DNA of 64,000 nt from Phoronis australis (lineage: Eukaryota; Animalia; Phoronida), in contig NMRA01000145.1 in assembly GCA_002633005.1 (NCBI GenBank), positions 467,441-531,440 of the forward strand, read 5' to 3'. Position numbers and translations under genes: made by a program. The notes beneath the pieces are model-generated. The model was not told the origin of the DNA. It did not search any database and saw only the letters and a list, made by a program, of their open reading frames with translations. Positions within the stretch are counted from its first letter, which is position 1; each line of letters opens with the position of its first letter. This document shows, piece after piece, positions 23,219-33,843 of this stretch.

Positions 23219-23896
23219 TTGCAGCCGATTTCATAAAGGTGGTTTGAAGTTAAACGTGGTTTAAACTGGACGTAGACCAGGTTTAAAGATAAACTGCATT
23301 TCATAAAGGTGGTTTAACTTTTAGACCAGTGGTCTAGTAAAACCTGGTTTAACTCCAGCCTTTTTAGACCTGGTCTAAGTCAGTTTTCATTTCACCAACG
23401 ATGTCTATATTCTTTAGACCTGTATTAAAATCTTAAACCAGGTTTAACTTTGGACTTGGTCAGACCCAGGATTACTGTTAAATGTGTCTGACTTGCATGG
23501 TATAGGTACAACTGAATGATGCCGCGGAGTGCATTTGCGACGCAGTTTTAGAGCCTCTAAAACTGCGTCGTAAATGCAAACCACAGCATCAACCAGTTGC
23601 ACCTATATCGTACAAGTCTGTCATATTTGATAGTTTTAAACCTGGGTCTGACCAAGTCTAAAGTTAAACCTGGTTTAAGATCTTAATACAGGTCTAATTA
23701 AGTAATATATACCTCGTAGGTGAAATGAAAACTGACTTAGACCAGGTCTAAAAAGGCTGGAGTTAAACCAGGTTTTACTAGACCACTGGTCTAAAAGTTA
23801 AACCACCTTTATGAAATTCAGATTATCTTTAAACCTGGTCTAAGTCCAGTTTAAACCACGTTTAACTTTAAACTACCTTAATGAAATCGACTGCAA
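23219..23896. mobile_element. ~680-bp fully palindromic foldback element/MITE
   Basis: The left arm TTGCAGCCGATTTCATAAAGGTGGTTT... is the near-exact reverse complement of the right arm ...ATGAAATCGACTGCAA. Symmetry continues to the centre (~23554, GCAGTTTTAGAG-C-CTCTAAAACTGC). Internal AAACCTGGT/TAGACCAG subrepeats are present. Confidence 0.9.
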
Positions 23897-25302
23897 CACC
23901 AGAGCCACTTCACACCTCACTGTTCACATGCTCTGCACTGACATAACAGACGGCTGCTCCAACGCATTATGCCTTAGTAATTTGTCTCATTATGTCAATT
24001 TTAACCTAATGTGTCAATTTTAACCCATTATGTCCATTTCACCCTAATTGAATTGCCGTTCTAGTCCACCCCAAGAACACTAAACTAGTTAATGGACCAA
24101 ACTTGACCTCACGAGTCAAAATGGACAGGGTCAAAATTGACATAATGGGTCAGAACAGATCCGGTTCAAATTGAGACCGACCTTTTGTATCACCAGGTGT
24201 GATCAGATCGCATTTTAATCCAACTCTAAATAGCGAGCAGTATTGAACTTTCTTAGAAAATGTTATCGCTATGAAATGTTTCAAGGCAGAATCAATTAAC
24301 GCTACAAATTCACTAGCCAACAACCGCTTCCAGGTGAGTGTGACCAAACAATTAAGACAAGTAAAAGTTACCTTGCAGTGGGCGTAAACGAGATGTTGCC
24401 AACACCCCCCTCCCGATATTAGGCTGCACCTGAATTATGTTCTCGTCTTGGCGTCGGTAACCTGAACTACGTGTATTGACACATACCTTTTCAATGGTAT
24501 GGTTTTTCCCATTGTAATTCAATACCATATTGATTGATATCCGTGTGTTCACGCACTGACTCCACCGGCATTCACAAGTTTATGAATATTAAATAGACGG
24601 TATAAATGAATGGGTTCAACTTCTTTTCAGACCTAACTAATCACGTGATGTGCCTATAGTGCGTCGTAGGAGAGCATAATAGCCTGGATATTATTCCCCT
24701 TTCAGTTTCAGGGTGCTTGCCCCAAGAAATTTGTAGAATAAATTTGTAATAACACGAATTGTGGAGTATTAAGAATTCAAGTTGTATTTGAAAACCACCG
24801 TGACAAAATTGATTGTTTATGCTGCCAGTACATTGAAGTGTCTTGAAATTTCTAAAACTTTCCGATAGTACATGTATGACACGTAAGAAATGCACACGGC
24901 CACCCGCACAATCTCACGCCGCTCAGTGAGTGTCGCAAAACAATTCCCTTTCATAAATAAATGAAGCTTTCCCAATAATTACTTTCTCGGAACCGATTAT
25001 TTTGAATTTGTCACAGTGGCATGTTGTCTTTATCTAATTGTCTTCTACACTAGAAACTCGTCTACATTTTGTTGCTGTCAGGCCGGACGTCTTGATGCCG
25101 CTTTGCGCATGACAATGTTTTGTGCTCTTCTAGAGCAATTCATTGTATTTCTCCTTCCTCGCCCAAGCAGTATTTCAGTCCCCTCTCTTCGATCTAAACT
25201 GTATGTTCTAAACGTTATCAATATGGTGCAAAACAGCTATCCTCGCGTTTGTCTTCGCACGCTGGTGTATTGCTATAAAACGAGTCCAACTTAATAACTT
25301 AA

Positions 25303-26615
25303 AGAGTTCCCACCATGCATTTTCTTACTTTTTCAGGTTTCAGTTAGCTAATAAGAATCGAATACCATAAAATCTTGCTAAATAGGCACTTTTTATGCCA
25401 AATAGTCGCAACTTTTTTAATTTTGAAGAAAAAATACTTATTTCTAACTTTCCCGCCAAATGATGCAATGGGTGGAAGACGGTTGGCCGCTTGACAATCA
25501 TTTGCAATGTCGGAACACTGCAGGTTAGAAGACAATGACAATATTGGGCGAGAATTGGACAATTATTATGTAGACAGAGAGGAGAGTGGATACGGGCATC
25601 ACACTCAAGTAATTGAAGAATCAGACAATGAACTCGATTTCCCACTGAGCGAACTTTCGTCGGCTTTGAGGCCGTATGAATTCTACCCACTTGCACGAGA
25701 AATGACATGTGAGCCACAACCAACTCTACCAAGTGGTGGTCAATACTCACAAAATAGACACTTACTAATTACTGACAAAGGCCACAGCAAACCTGGGTTA
25801 CTCTTATTCACTATTGCCGTGATGGAAAGAGCACAGTCTAAACACAATATGCATAAGCCTATTTGTAGTAGCACTCGATCTGGGCCGGGGTCCACCCAGG
25901 GCCTGGCATCACTCGCCCTAGAATGGAAGCAGTTTGTTCGTTATTTACAAAATTTGCAAATGCACTTACTTGGTGGTGAGTCCTTCATTGTAACGCCTCT
26001 TATGTGTGTGGTCGAAACACGATTCTTTGAAATGTGCCGATCAAAGTGTGGCTTACGTCAAACTGAATCCCATGTTCCACACTGACACTCCACACTCTTG
26101 TTCGGCGCACAATCATGGCCGGCGCGTGGCACAGCACTGAAAAAAGTGGGGGCTAACCCCTCCCCCAGCCCTCCTGTGGTGCACCGCCTATAGACCATGG
26201 GCGGCTTAGCCCTGAAAAAGTGGGGGGTTATAGCCCAACCCCAGGCCCCTGTAGTGCGCCGCCCATGACAAACCGATGACATTTCTGTGCAACTTTCACG
26301 TATTTAGGAAATTTGAACACTAAGACGTTCACAGTCAAGTTGTTGTTACCACAGTTTCAACAAACGCACCTTTTCATGTCTGAAAAAGACGGCTCCCCGC
26401 GGACTTTCTTCACAACTCCTCAGTATCGCACTGGTACGTAAAACAACAACAACTGAGGCGGTCTTCCACCCATTGCGTACAAACTCGATTACAGAAAAAT
26501 ATATTTTTAAAATTTTTAGCTTGTTTCGTAGCAACAGGTGTACTAAAGGCTATTAAATCTGTTAAGATGTAATAATAAAATTCCTTTTGAAACACAGGGT
26601 CATGGTGGGAACTCT
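25303..26615 (+). mobile_element. Non-autonomous Kolobok-like DNA transposon (1313 bp)
   Basis: Perfect 15-bp TIR AGAGTTCCCACCATG (25303-25317) / CATGGTGGGAACTCT (26601-26615), flanked by TTAA on both sides (25299-25302, 26616-26619). AG termini plus a TTAA TSD fit Kolobok rather than piggyBac (CC termini). It contains the acidic ORF 25507-26085. Confidence 0.85.
26113..26268. repeat. Dimeric GC-rich short repeat (CATGG.CGGC...CTGAAAAAGTGGGGG...GTGCRCCGCC) nested in the Kolobok-like element; a second locus is at ~54542-54705
   Basis: Two ~80-bp units here and two related units at 54542-54705. Confidence 0.7.
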
Positions 26616-27364
26616 TTAAAGTACTTTTGTTCACGAATTATTGTTGGATATTGCAAATATGCTATTACTCGCTAATTCTAAGCTATAAGTCTCTCGATAA
26701 AAATCAACAATCATTTGGTGTGCTGCGTACATTTTAAACAAAGAACATCAACAGGATACATTTTAGGTGTGGCAAAACGCCCCCTTTCATGTTCTGAAAA
26801 AACAACCTCATAGGATATATTTGTATTGGAACATCCACCACCCTTTCACTTCTTGTGAAATTTCACTTTTGAAATCACTGATGTGGGTATGATGAGCAAA
26901 ATGTAATTTAATACATTGATGGAGATTGCCACTCGTCTTGCGGCGAAGTGCAACGATGTAAGATTATCAACTCTTTCCTGGCCTTTCTTGAGAAGAGGTG
27001 AATCTATCCCATGGGTGAGTTTAAATTCACCCATCATTTTCCCCAGGTTCATCAGACGATAACAGGAGCCTGCTTTGTATTTTAGGCTGCTCCCGAACAG
27101 GCAACGGATTTCTGTCTTGGCTCCGAGTTGTAAGCAGATTTTTGACTTGTAGCTTGAGCCATGCCAAGACTGATTCTTCACCTTAGAATAAAAAGACAAC
27201 AGACTCTTCCGACAAACAGCCCTTTGATATTACTGAGGTCTGAATAAGTTGGCAGTCACTGCGATAGTCGACGAAACGTTTTATTTCGAATAATTGAAGC
27301 CATGCCTCTTTAAATAGCGCTCAGATGTTAAGTAGATCTACCATGAACACTTACTTCCATATGA

Positions 27365-27467
27365 ATTTTCAATCACATTTACCTCGAAGAGACAAACTAT
27401 CAATCTATCTTTTGCATTCATGAATTTATCTGACCCATCAACTTCAATTCCTTTGCATGATTTTAAG
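27365..27467 (-). pseudogene. Relic 3' end of a further TPR-TIR paralog
   Basis: AAACTATCAATCT...GAATTTATCTGACCCATCAACTTCAATT...CATGATTTTAA aligns with the 3' ends of paralog 1 (~7056-7131) and paralog 2 (~14700-14745). It translates on the minus strand as LKSCKGIEVDGSDKF, versus LKPCRAVEVDGTDKF in paralog 1. Confidence 0.75.
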
Positions 27468-29248
27468 CCCCCACCCCCTCTGTCACACCCAAACGCTCTT
27501 GATAAATGACGTATTTTATGAAGTCACCGGTCTCGATTTCAACAAGTGCCTGGCAGACAACAGTGAGAATAGGAACTTTGTAATCAAATCACAAAAACAA
27601 TAGATTTTGGTTTTTCTGCTGAACCTGGTCAACGCTAATAACTTAAAGAAGTCTACCCCATCCAATATTAATCCCCAAATCGACTGTAAAACCGATAAAA
27701 AATTCCATTTAATGTTTAATTTACTTCAGAAACGGACCACTCTTTAGAGTTTCGAGCTTCCATGTGAGCCTTTTGCTCAAAATTTTGTTGGAAACATTAC
27801 CCTTTTGTAAAGAAACTGCTGGTGAAAAAGAGACACTTTTCTGTGCGGTACGACCTGTTTCTCTTCAATGCGAGTGCCCATTAACATAATGAGTGGGGCT
27901 AGCTGCTCCCAGGGGCCAACATGGAAGGGGTGCCGAAAAGCTGTATACCCCCAAAATATAAAACCTATGCATAGCAATGTTTTCTGCTTATAAGGTGTGC
28001 TTTTTCCTTACGCACCAGTATCACACGAACCAGAATTTGTGAAAATGGTTCAGTTCCCACAAAAAACATTTGTGGTATTACTTCTATGGTACAATGTCCA
28101 AGGCTGTTAAAGTCATTCTTACACCCTCTTAAATGCACGGGCCTTCTAGAGTTCTCATGTCATGCATTCCTTTGTCACGAACTTTGTCATTTCTTTCCTC
28201 ATCAACCGCTGTTCTTACCACTTTGACAGGCTTAAGTGCATGCTTTGTAAACTATATCAAAGCTACCTAGACTATGACGAAAGATGCGAAAGGCTTTTTA
28301 ACACCAACCTGTTCAACAGTACAAAGAGGAGTGACGTGTAAAAATGAAAAAGGGGAGAAAAAATGAGAATAGTTGGAGGTAGTGGCTCATGTCTTTATCA
28401 AGACCGCCGTTCTCGTGGGTATTGAAAAAGGGATGAGATTTCCTGAGATCTCCTGGTGTGGGTGTAATCAAGATTCAGTAAACAGACCATGAGGTTATCA
28501 CTGCCATGGCCGTATGATTTTTAAATCACAATTAAAAAAAATTCCGCCACTGTTTGGCATGATTTTGACAGATGTCGCTTTTTAAAAACATCTTCCTTCC
28601 TGCAGAATGAAGAGAAATACTAGTATCCAAATTCCTATAATTTTTTACTTCGACGAACGGACATTTTGACTATCTTTGAATCCAGTAACCGCCGTGCAGA
28701 GTTGGAACTAATTTAGTCTTCTAGTTATTTATTTGTTGAACAAATTTCATTCGTTTTGCACGTCCGTTTTGAGTAAAGTTATTCCCAACCAGTCAAGCAT
28801 ATCCAAAATGCTCTAACGTCAATGTTTAAGTTGCTGAATATTAGTGACCTCAAGCCAAAAAGGATGTACGTGAAAACTTGGACTGCGAATCACAAATAAC
28901 GTCAGTTAACTTTTTAATGGTGAAAAGAAAGACTGTACAAAGCATAGGAAATAAAAGGCGTACCGCATTTTCACGTGCTTAATGACAGATTTTGTCAAAT
29001 TAATGATGGGTCAAATTTCGCTAACACACATGGTTTCAAAAAATATTTCATACAGTCTCATTACCACTTGCGCTTCACTCATCAGTATGGTGTCATGATA
29101 GTTGTCGCAGAAGAGACACATGTGTGTGACTGTTATTCCACTTTGAACGTGACGTATTTGTCTTTCGATAGTGCGTGGTGTTCCTCATTTATAGTTTCTG
29201 GATGCTTCTTACATGCTACACCTGGACAAGTTATTTTCCCCAACGTTT

Positions 29249-30961
29249 TTAATCACGTTTATCCAAGCAGTTAACGTCTCTGTTAATTTCGTCGATGTAT
29301 TTATCAGCGTCAACCTCTATAAGTGAATTTAAATCCCTTGGAATATCTTTACATCCGGGTAACTTTGCAAGAGTTATGGTGCTTTTATCTCCTCTACTGA
29401 ACCTGCCATTTATAATAGATTTCAGGGTTACGTTAACTTCTGAATTGCTAGGGAAAAATTCACCACTACAGAAAACTAGGATACGGCAGCACGACTTGTC
29501 GAGTGTATCCCATGGTTCAAGACTTAATACATCTCCATCAAGAAAAAAGATCCTCAAGCACAGCTGCTTTTTCAAATTATCAAGTATCGCAACAACTTTA
29601 TGGATGTCGTCGTCATAGTAAACGAAACCAAAATCGTACTTTTCATCATACTGCCCCGTAGCTAGCTTTTCAGCTTTACTTCTCATTTTTTTTGCTTCTT
29701 CTGGATAATCCATTTTAACATAAATTTTTGCCCACAACTCATACAGCTCTTTGTCTAGATGTCCGCCATGTTTTTCGGATTGTTGACAACGCCTAATGGC
29801 GTCACTGCAATCACCATTCAAAAAATGAGCATCGGCAAGATCCAAATAACAGTGCCACAAAATGAAACCCCTTTTAAGGGCATCTTTAAAACAGCCAATG
29901 GCTTCTTTGAGCAAATCAGTTTTCTCGGAGGTTTTATCTTGCTCAGGTGTTAACTTATACTTCTTAAGATGCCATCGTCCTAGCAAATTGTAGGCGTAAC
30001 CGTTTTCTGGATCCAATTTGACTGCATCTTTAAAATATTGTTCTGCCTCCACCATCGATTCCATATCCATATATACAAGACCTGTTCGTCTCAAAATCAC
30101 AGGCTTATTGAAACGATTTGCTTTTTCATTCGCTTTTTCCATGCAACTGTGTAGTGTGCACGCAGAATACCCTTTTGGACAATCTATAACACATTTCAGT
30201 TCTTCATATCTTGTGAATCGATCATATCTTGACAAAAGTGTTCCCATGAAACACCATGCCTTTGGAACTAGGTCGTTGAATTCCGTCTCTTGTCTGGCAA
30301 ACTCATCAGCATCCTCGCGTTGGACCGGTTTTTCCATTGTAACTATTCGATAAAAATATTCCATTGATTCTTTGAAGTGTTCAGGCTGTGTCTTTCCATA
30401 AGCAGAATCTATGTTGAAGCAAAAGAATGCATATCCAAATAGCCACTCTAACTTTTCATTTTCAGGAACTTCACTGCAACCTATTGCCTCTTGAAACAAG
30501 CTGCGGATTACTGGAATACCCCCGGGCTGTAGCTGAGCATCAATAGCCGACATAATGCCCGCCAGTTCATACTTAGCACGGACTATACTCTTTTTTGTCA
30601 ACAAACCATTTGACAGGATGTCTTTTATTTTCTTCTTGTATTCTTCTACTTCTCGTTGTTGTTTCATTCCTTCGTAGATATATAGTAGATGAAGAAGTGA
30701 GTTAATGTTATTAGCGTCATCACTGACAACTGTTTCAAAGTTTTTAATGGCTTCATTGCAGTTACCATCTTTATAGTTGAGATAGCCCAGCAAGATCCTT
30801 ACGATGTGTGTTCGAGCATGCGGCTCTCTTTCTATTTCTTTTGAAAAGCGATCAAGGCACTCTTTAAGCGTGACTTTCATGTTCAATAGAAAGCGATTTA
30901 TGAAAAGGCTGTCGATACCGGCTTCATGCAGTTCTTTTACTACGTCCATGTCTTCCGCCAT
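29249..30961 (-). CDS. TPR-TIR paralog 3 (570 aa), ORF intact but TIR BB loop carries R>G and a ~4-aa deletion
   Basis: Uninterrupted ORF colinear with paralog 2. The TIR reads YDFGFVYYDDD...RIFFLDGDVL----SLEPW, versus RCFFLDRDILCGNNTVETW in paralog 2. The acceptor ttacag|tttcataATG is conserved. Confidence 0.9.
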   Translation of the reverse strand: MAEDMDVVKELHEAGIDSLFINRFLLNMKVTLKECLDRFSKEIEREPHARTHIVRILLGYLNYKDGNCNEAIKNFETVVSDDANNINSLLHLLYIYEGMKQQREVEEYKKKIKDILSNGLLTKKSIVRAKYELAGIMSAIDAQLQPGGIPVIRSLFQEAIGCSEVPENEKLEWLFGYAFFCFNIDSAYGKTQPEHFKESMEYFYRIVTMEKPVQREDADEFARQETEFNDLVPKAWCFMGTLLSRYDRFTRYEELKCVIDCPKGYSACTLHSCMEKANEKANRFNKPVILRRTGLVYMDMESMVEAEQYFKDAVKLDPENGYAYNLLGRWHLKKYKLTPEQDKTSEKTDLLKEAIGCFKDALKRGFILWHCYLDLADAHFLNGDCSDAIRRCQQSEKHGGHLDKELYELWAKIYVKMDYPEEAKKMRSKAEKLATGQYDEKYDFGFVYYDDDIHKVVAILDNLKKQLCLRIFFLDGDVLSLEPWDTLDKSCCRILVFCSGEFFPSNSEVNVTLKSIINGRFSRGDKSTITLAKLPGCKDIPRDLNSLIEVDADKYIDEINRDVNCLDKRD

Positions 30962-32571
30962 TATGAAACTGTAATAAAAAAATGAAATTTAATGCAACAC
31001 ATGTATGGGACATTCGATGGTCTGAAACAATAAATCTTCTGTATTCCACTAAAAACGCGAATGTGCAAAAAAGGAACTTAATTCTCTTGGTCAAACTTAT
31101 TAATCTACACCAATTTATGGTCAACAAAATGTCCGAATAATAAAAGGGCGTTCCAAGATCAAAGACAGTATACCCACACCAAGTTTACCAGTTGGGTACC
31201 AGTTACCAGAAAATACAACCCTTAAATATGAATTGTAACTGGAAATACCTTTATCTTTTTTGCCAAATTATACTAAAAGACATGGTCACATAACCCAATT
31301 AATGCCAGATTGGCACAAAGTTAAAAATGACGGTATAAAGACTTTCCACATTCATAAACTATATACTTTTACAGCGCTAATTTGCACAAGTTTCCGATAT
31401 TATTTGACCATGCTCAGACAAGTTTTTAACTTGTCCTCAGTACTACTCAGCTTATCGACCAAAGTCAAAGTTTGGCTTTTAAATTTGAGCTATAGCAGTC
31501 TTGTATGTTTTACTGGTACAGTAAATCCACCAAAAGAAAGTACTTCCATCCAACCATCCGTGGTGCTAGCCAACTGGCAACACCCTACAAACATGTCTAA
31601 TGCGCCTGGTTATGAATACCCATTGTGTGACCTAGTTGAATAAGTGTCCGCTTCTTTCAAGGTCGAGTCGATTCCCATTCTGGCTGGGGCACACTGACCC
31701 TGGAGTCAGGTAACTAGCTCCTCAACTCAGCCGGTTTTAACTATTGATTAATAAAGCATAAAAATGGTTCTAGGTGATAAGCGCAATGAACCCACCTGCG
31801 CACGTCTGATACAACTTGTATCTGATCGCTTTGATGCGTCTGTCAACACTAGTATTGCTTTTCAGAGCTTGGAGGGTCTTTAAAAAGATAAGATCTTGCA
31901 ATAAAGTAGAGCAGTATCACAAATGAATTCCAAGCACTTACGTTGCACCAATCAAATAACCGTTGCCAAAAGTTCGGTTCCCTTTGCAGTAAATCCTCCC
32001 GTCAATATTGAATTCGTGTCTTCGCTCTGGCTCCTACAATGGTCGTCACAGTTTAAGCTTCCGCGTAGAGTTCAAAGATCAAATAAATGATCTATAGATC
32101 TTGAAATTCAATAATAACTACAAATTACTTCTAGAATAAACTTAATGATTCCTCACCTTCACTAACAATCAAATGATTCCTAACTAAAAAGAAAGCAAAC
32201 CATACCGATCTTTTGACGATCCATTACTCGACGCGTAAGGTTATTTATGTGTGCATAGTAACGCGTCTGTGCTGAGGTGTGAAACATCGATAGTATATAA
32301 CGTAAAGAATTCCGTCTGCCCAGCTCCACTACCGGCCTCAGTTGCACCCATTTCGACACCGACTTTGTCACAGGTAGTGCATCTCACCTTTATTTAGATT
32401 CGAATTGTTCTTCCTGTTTCCTCGCAGGCTGTTTTTTTCGCGGACGCGGAGAGTTGGCCTACTAGTCTTGGCCTTGTGTTGACGTCGGACCGTCGGATTA
32501 ATTTCACTCCCTCTGTATTCCACCTTAAATATTCTTCTTCGATCGGGCTTCGCTGTCGCCGCTAAACGTGG

Positions 32572-32732
32572 CAGTGGCGTATTAAGGAGGGGGGCGGGCA
32601 AGGGGACCATGCACCCTTTCTCCCAGATTCCATTTGGCATTGACGAGGGTGTGAATATCTGACAGGCAAAATCCTGGGGTAATGACTCTGCCCTGACCCC
32701 TCCCTTAACTCAAAATCCTGGATCCGCTCCTG
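32572..32732. mobile_element. Short non-autonomous DNA element with CAG...CTG ends and a 5-bp target duplication CGTGG
   Basis: cgtgg|CAGTGGCGTATT...GGATCCGCTCCTG|cgtgg; related to 20081-20189. Confidence 0.7.
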
Positions 32733-33660
32733 CGTGGCCACTCAGCTTCGCGGCAATTGTCGCCAATGTTGTCACGTTTCGCCCGTGCTTTGTTTTGTCT
32801 TCATTTATTTCGTTCGTGTTTTGTCACGACTGAGAAAATCTTCGCACTCTTTGTTGTCTTTTTATTCCTGCATGATTTTAAGCGTGGGCACACCCGAATG
32901 TTTTCAAACCATTCATTGTGGTACAAAACAAAGCCAAAGTCACAGTTCATGGTGACCTCGTGAGGCAAGGAAAGGTCAGTCAGCGGCAAAACAGTATCTA
33001 AAAACATTGCGTGCAAATAACAAAGAAGTTTTAAAAACCATTACAAAAGTTTTTTTTCATAAAATCCGATCCAATATTGCATTTGCACACAATGATGTGT
33101 GCTATTGGGCCTCGCGGCGTTCCTCATGCTGTGAAGAACTATTTGCACGTCTTGGGTATACAACCCTTAGTATTTAAATTTATGACGTGTCTTGAGTAAA
33201 TACTCTGACATACTTCGTGTACAAATGCTACTAAAGAGATTTTGTAAAAAGGCGTTTGCATAAAGCCTCTTTCTGTCTTTTGCATAAATGTTTCACAATG
33301 TCATCGTGCTTGGTATGTGTATTGTGCCTCACATTCTCATAGTCTTCATTGCTGTGTAGAAATGTTTGCACGTAATTGGCCAAGCCACCCTGGGCTTGCA
33401 GTGTGTAATGTATATACATCTATGCTTGCAAAATCTGTCCTGAGAACTACATTTGACACAACGGTGTGTGATGTTGTGCCTCACAATCTCAATGAATCTA
33501 ATTTGTGCTACTTAAGACAGGTTTTGTAAAAAAACATTTGTGCAAGCTCTCTTATTGTGGTACTGATGCATAAATGTGTCATAATGAATGCCATCGCGCT
33601 TAGTATGTCAATTTATGGTTACTAACGGTTTTTCATTGAGTGCTTCATTTGCACACAATG

Positions 33661-33843
33661 GTAAATATATATAGGTAAATAAAACAACAAGAATGGATGG
33701 ATCAACTGAAATTTTCGGATATATTAACATCCTCCGTCAACAGAAACGTGTCAACATCTGTTTCTGTTGACGAAGTGTGTTATTATATCCGAAAAATTCA
33801 GTTGATCCATTCTTGTTGTTTTATTTACCTATATATATTTTAC
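33661..33843. repeat. ~180-bp AT-rich palindrome inserted within a degenerate ~150-bp repeat region (33080-34070)
   Basis: GTAAATATATATAGGTAAATAAAACAACAAGAATGGAT...AACAGAAAC mirrors GTTTCTGTT...ATCCATTCTTGTTGTTTTATTTACCTATATATATTTTAC, with a ~12-nt loop. Confidence 0.88.

Noticed and set aside
25570-25605. ESGYGHH in ORF 25507-26085 matching the paralog motif E(N/S)GYGH(H/N)
   Set aside because: The similarity does not extend on either side, and the ORF lies inside a TIR-bounded transposon; treated as chance.
27026-27182. Possible minus-strand terminal exon (EESVLAWLKLQVKNLL...)
   Set aside because: No recognisable domain, no partner exon identified, and no counterpart in the other paralogs.
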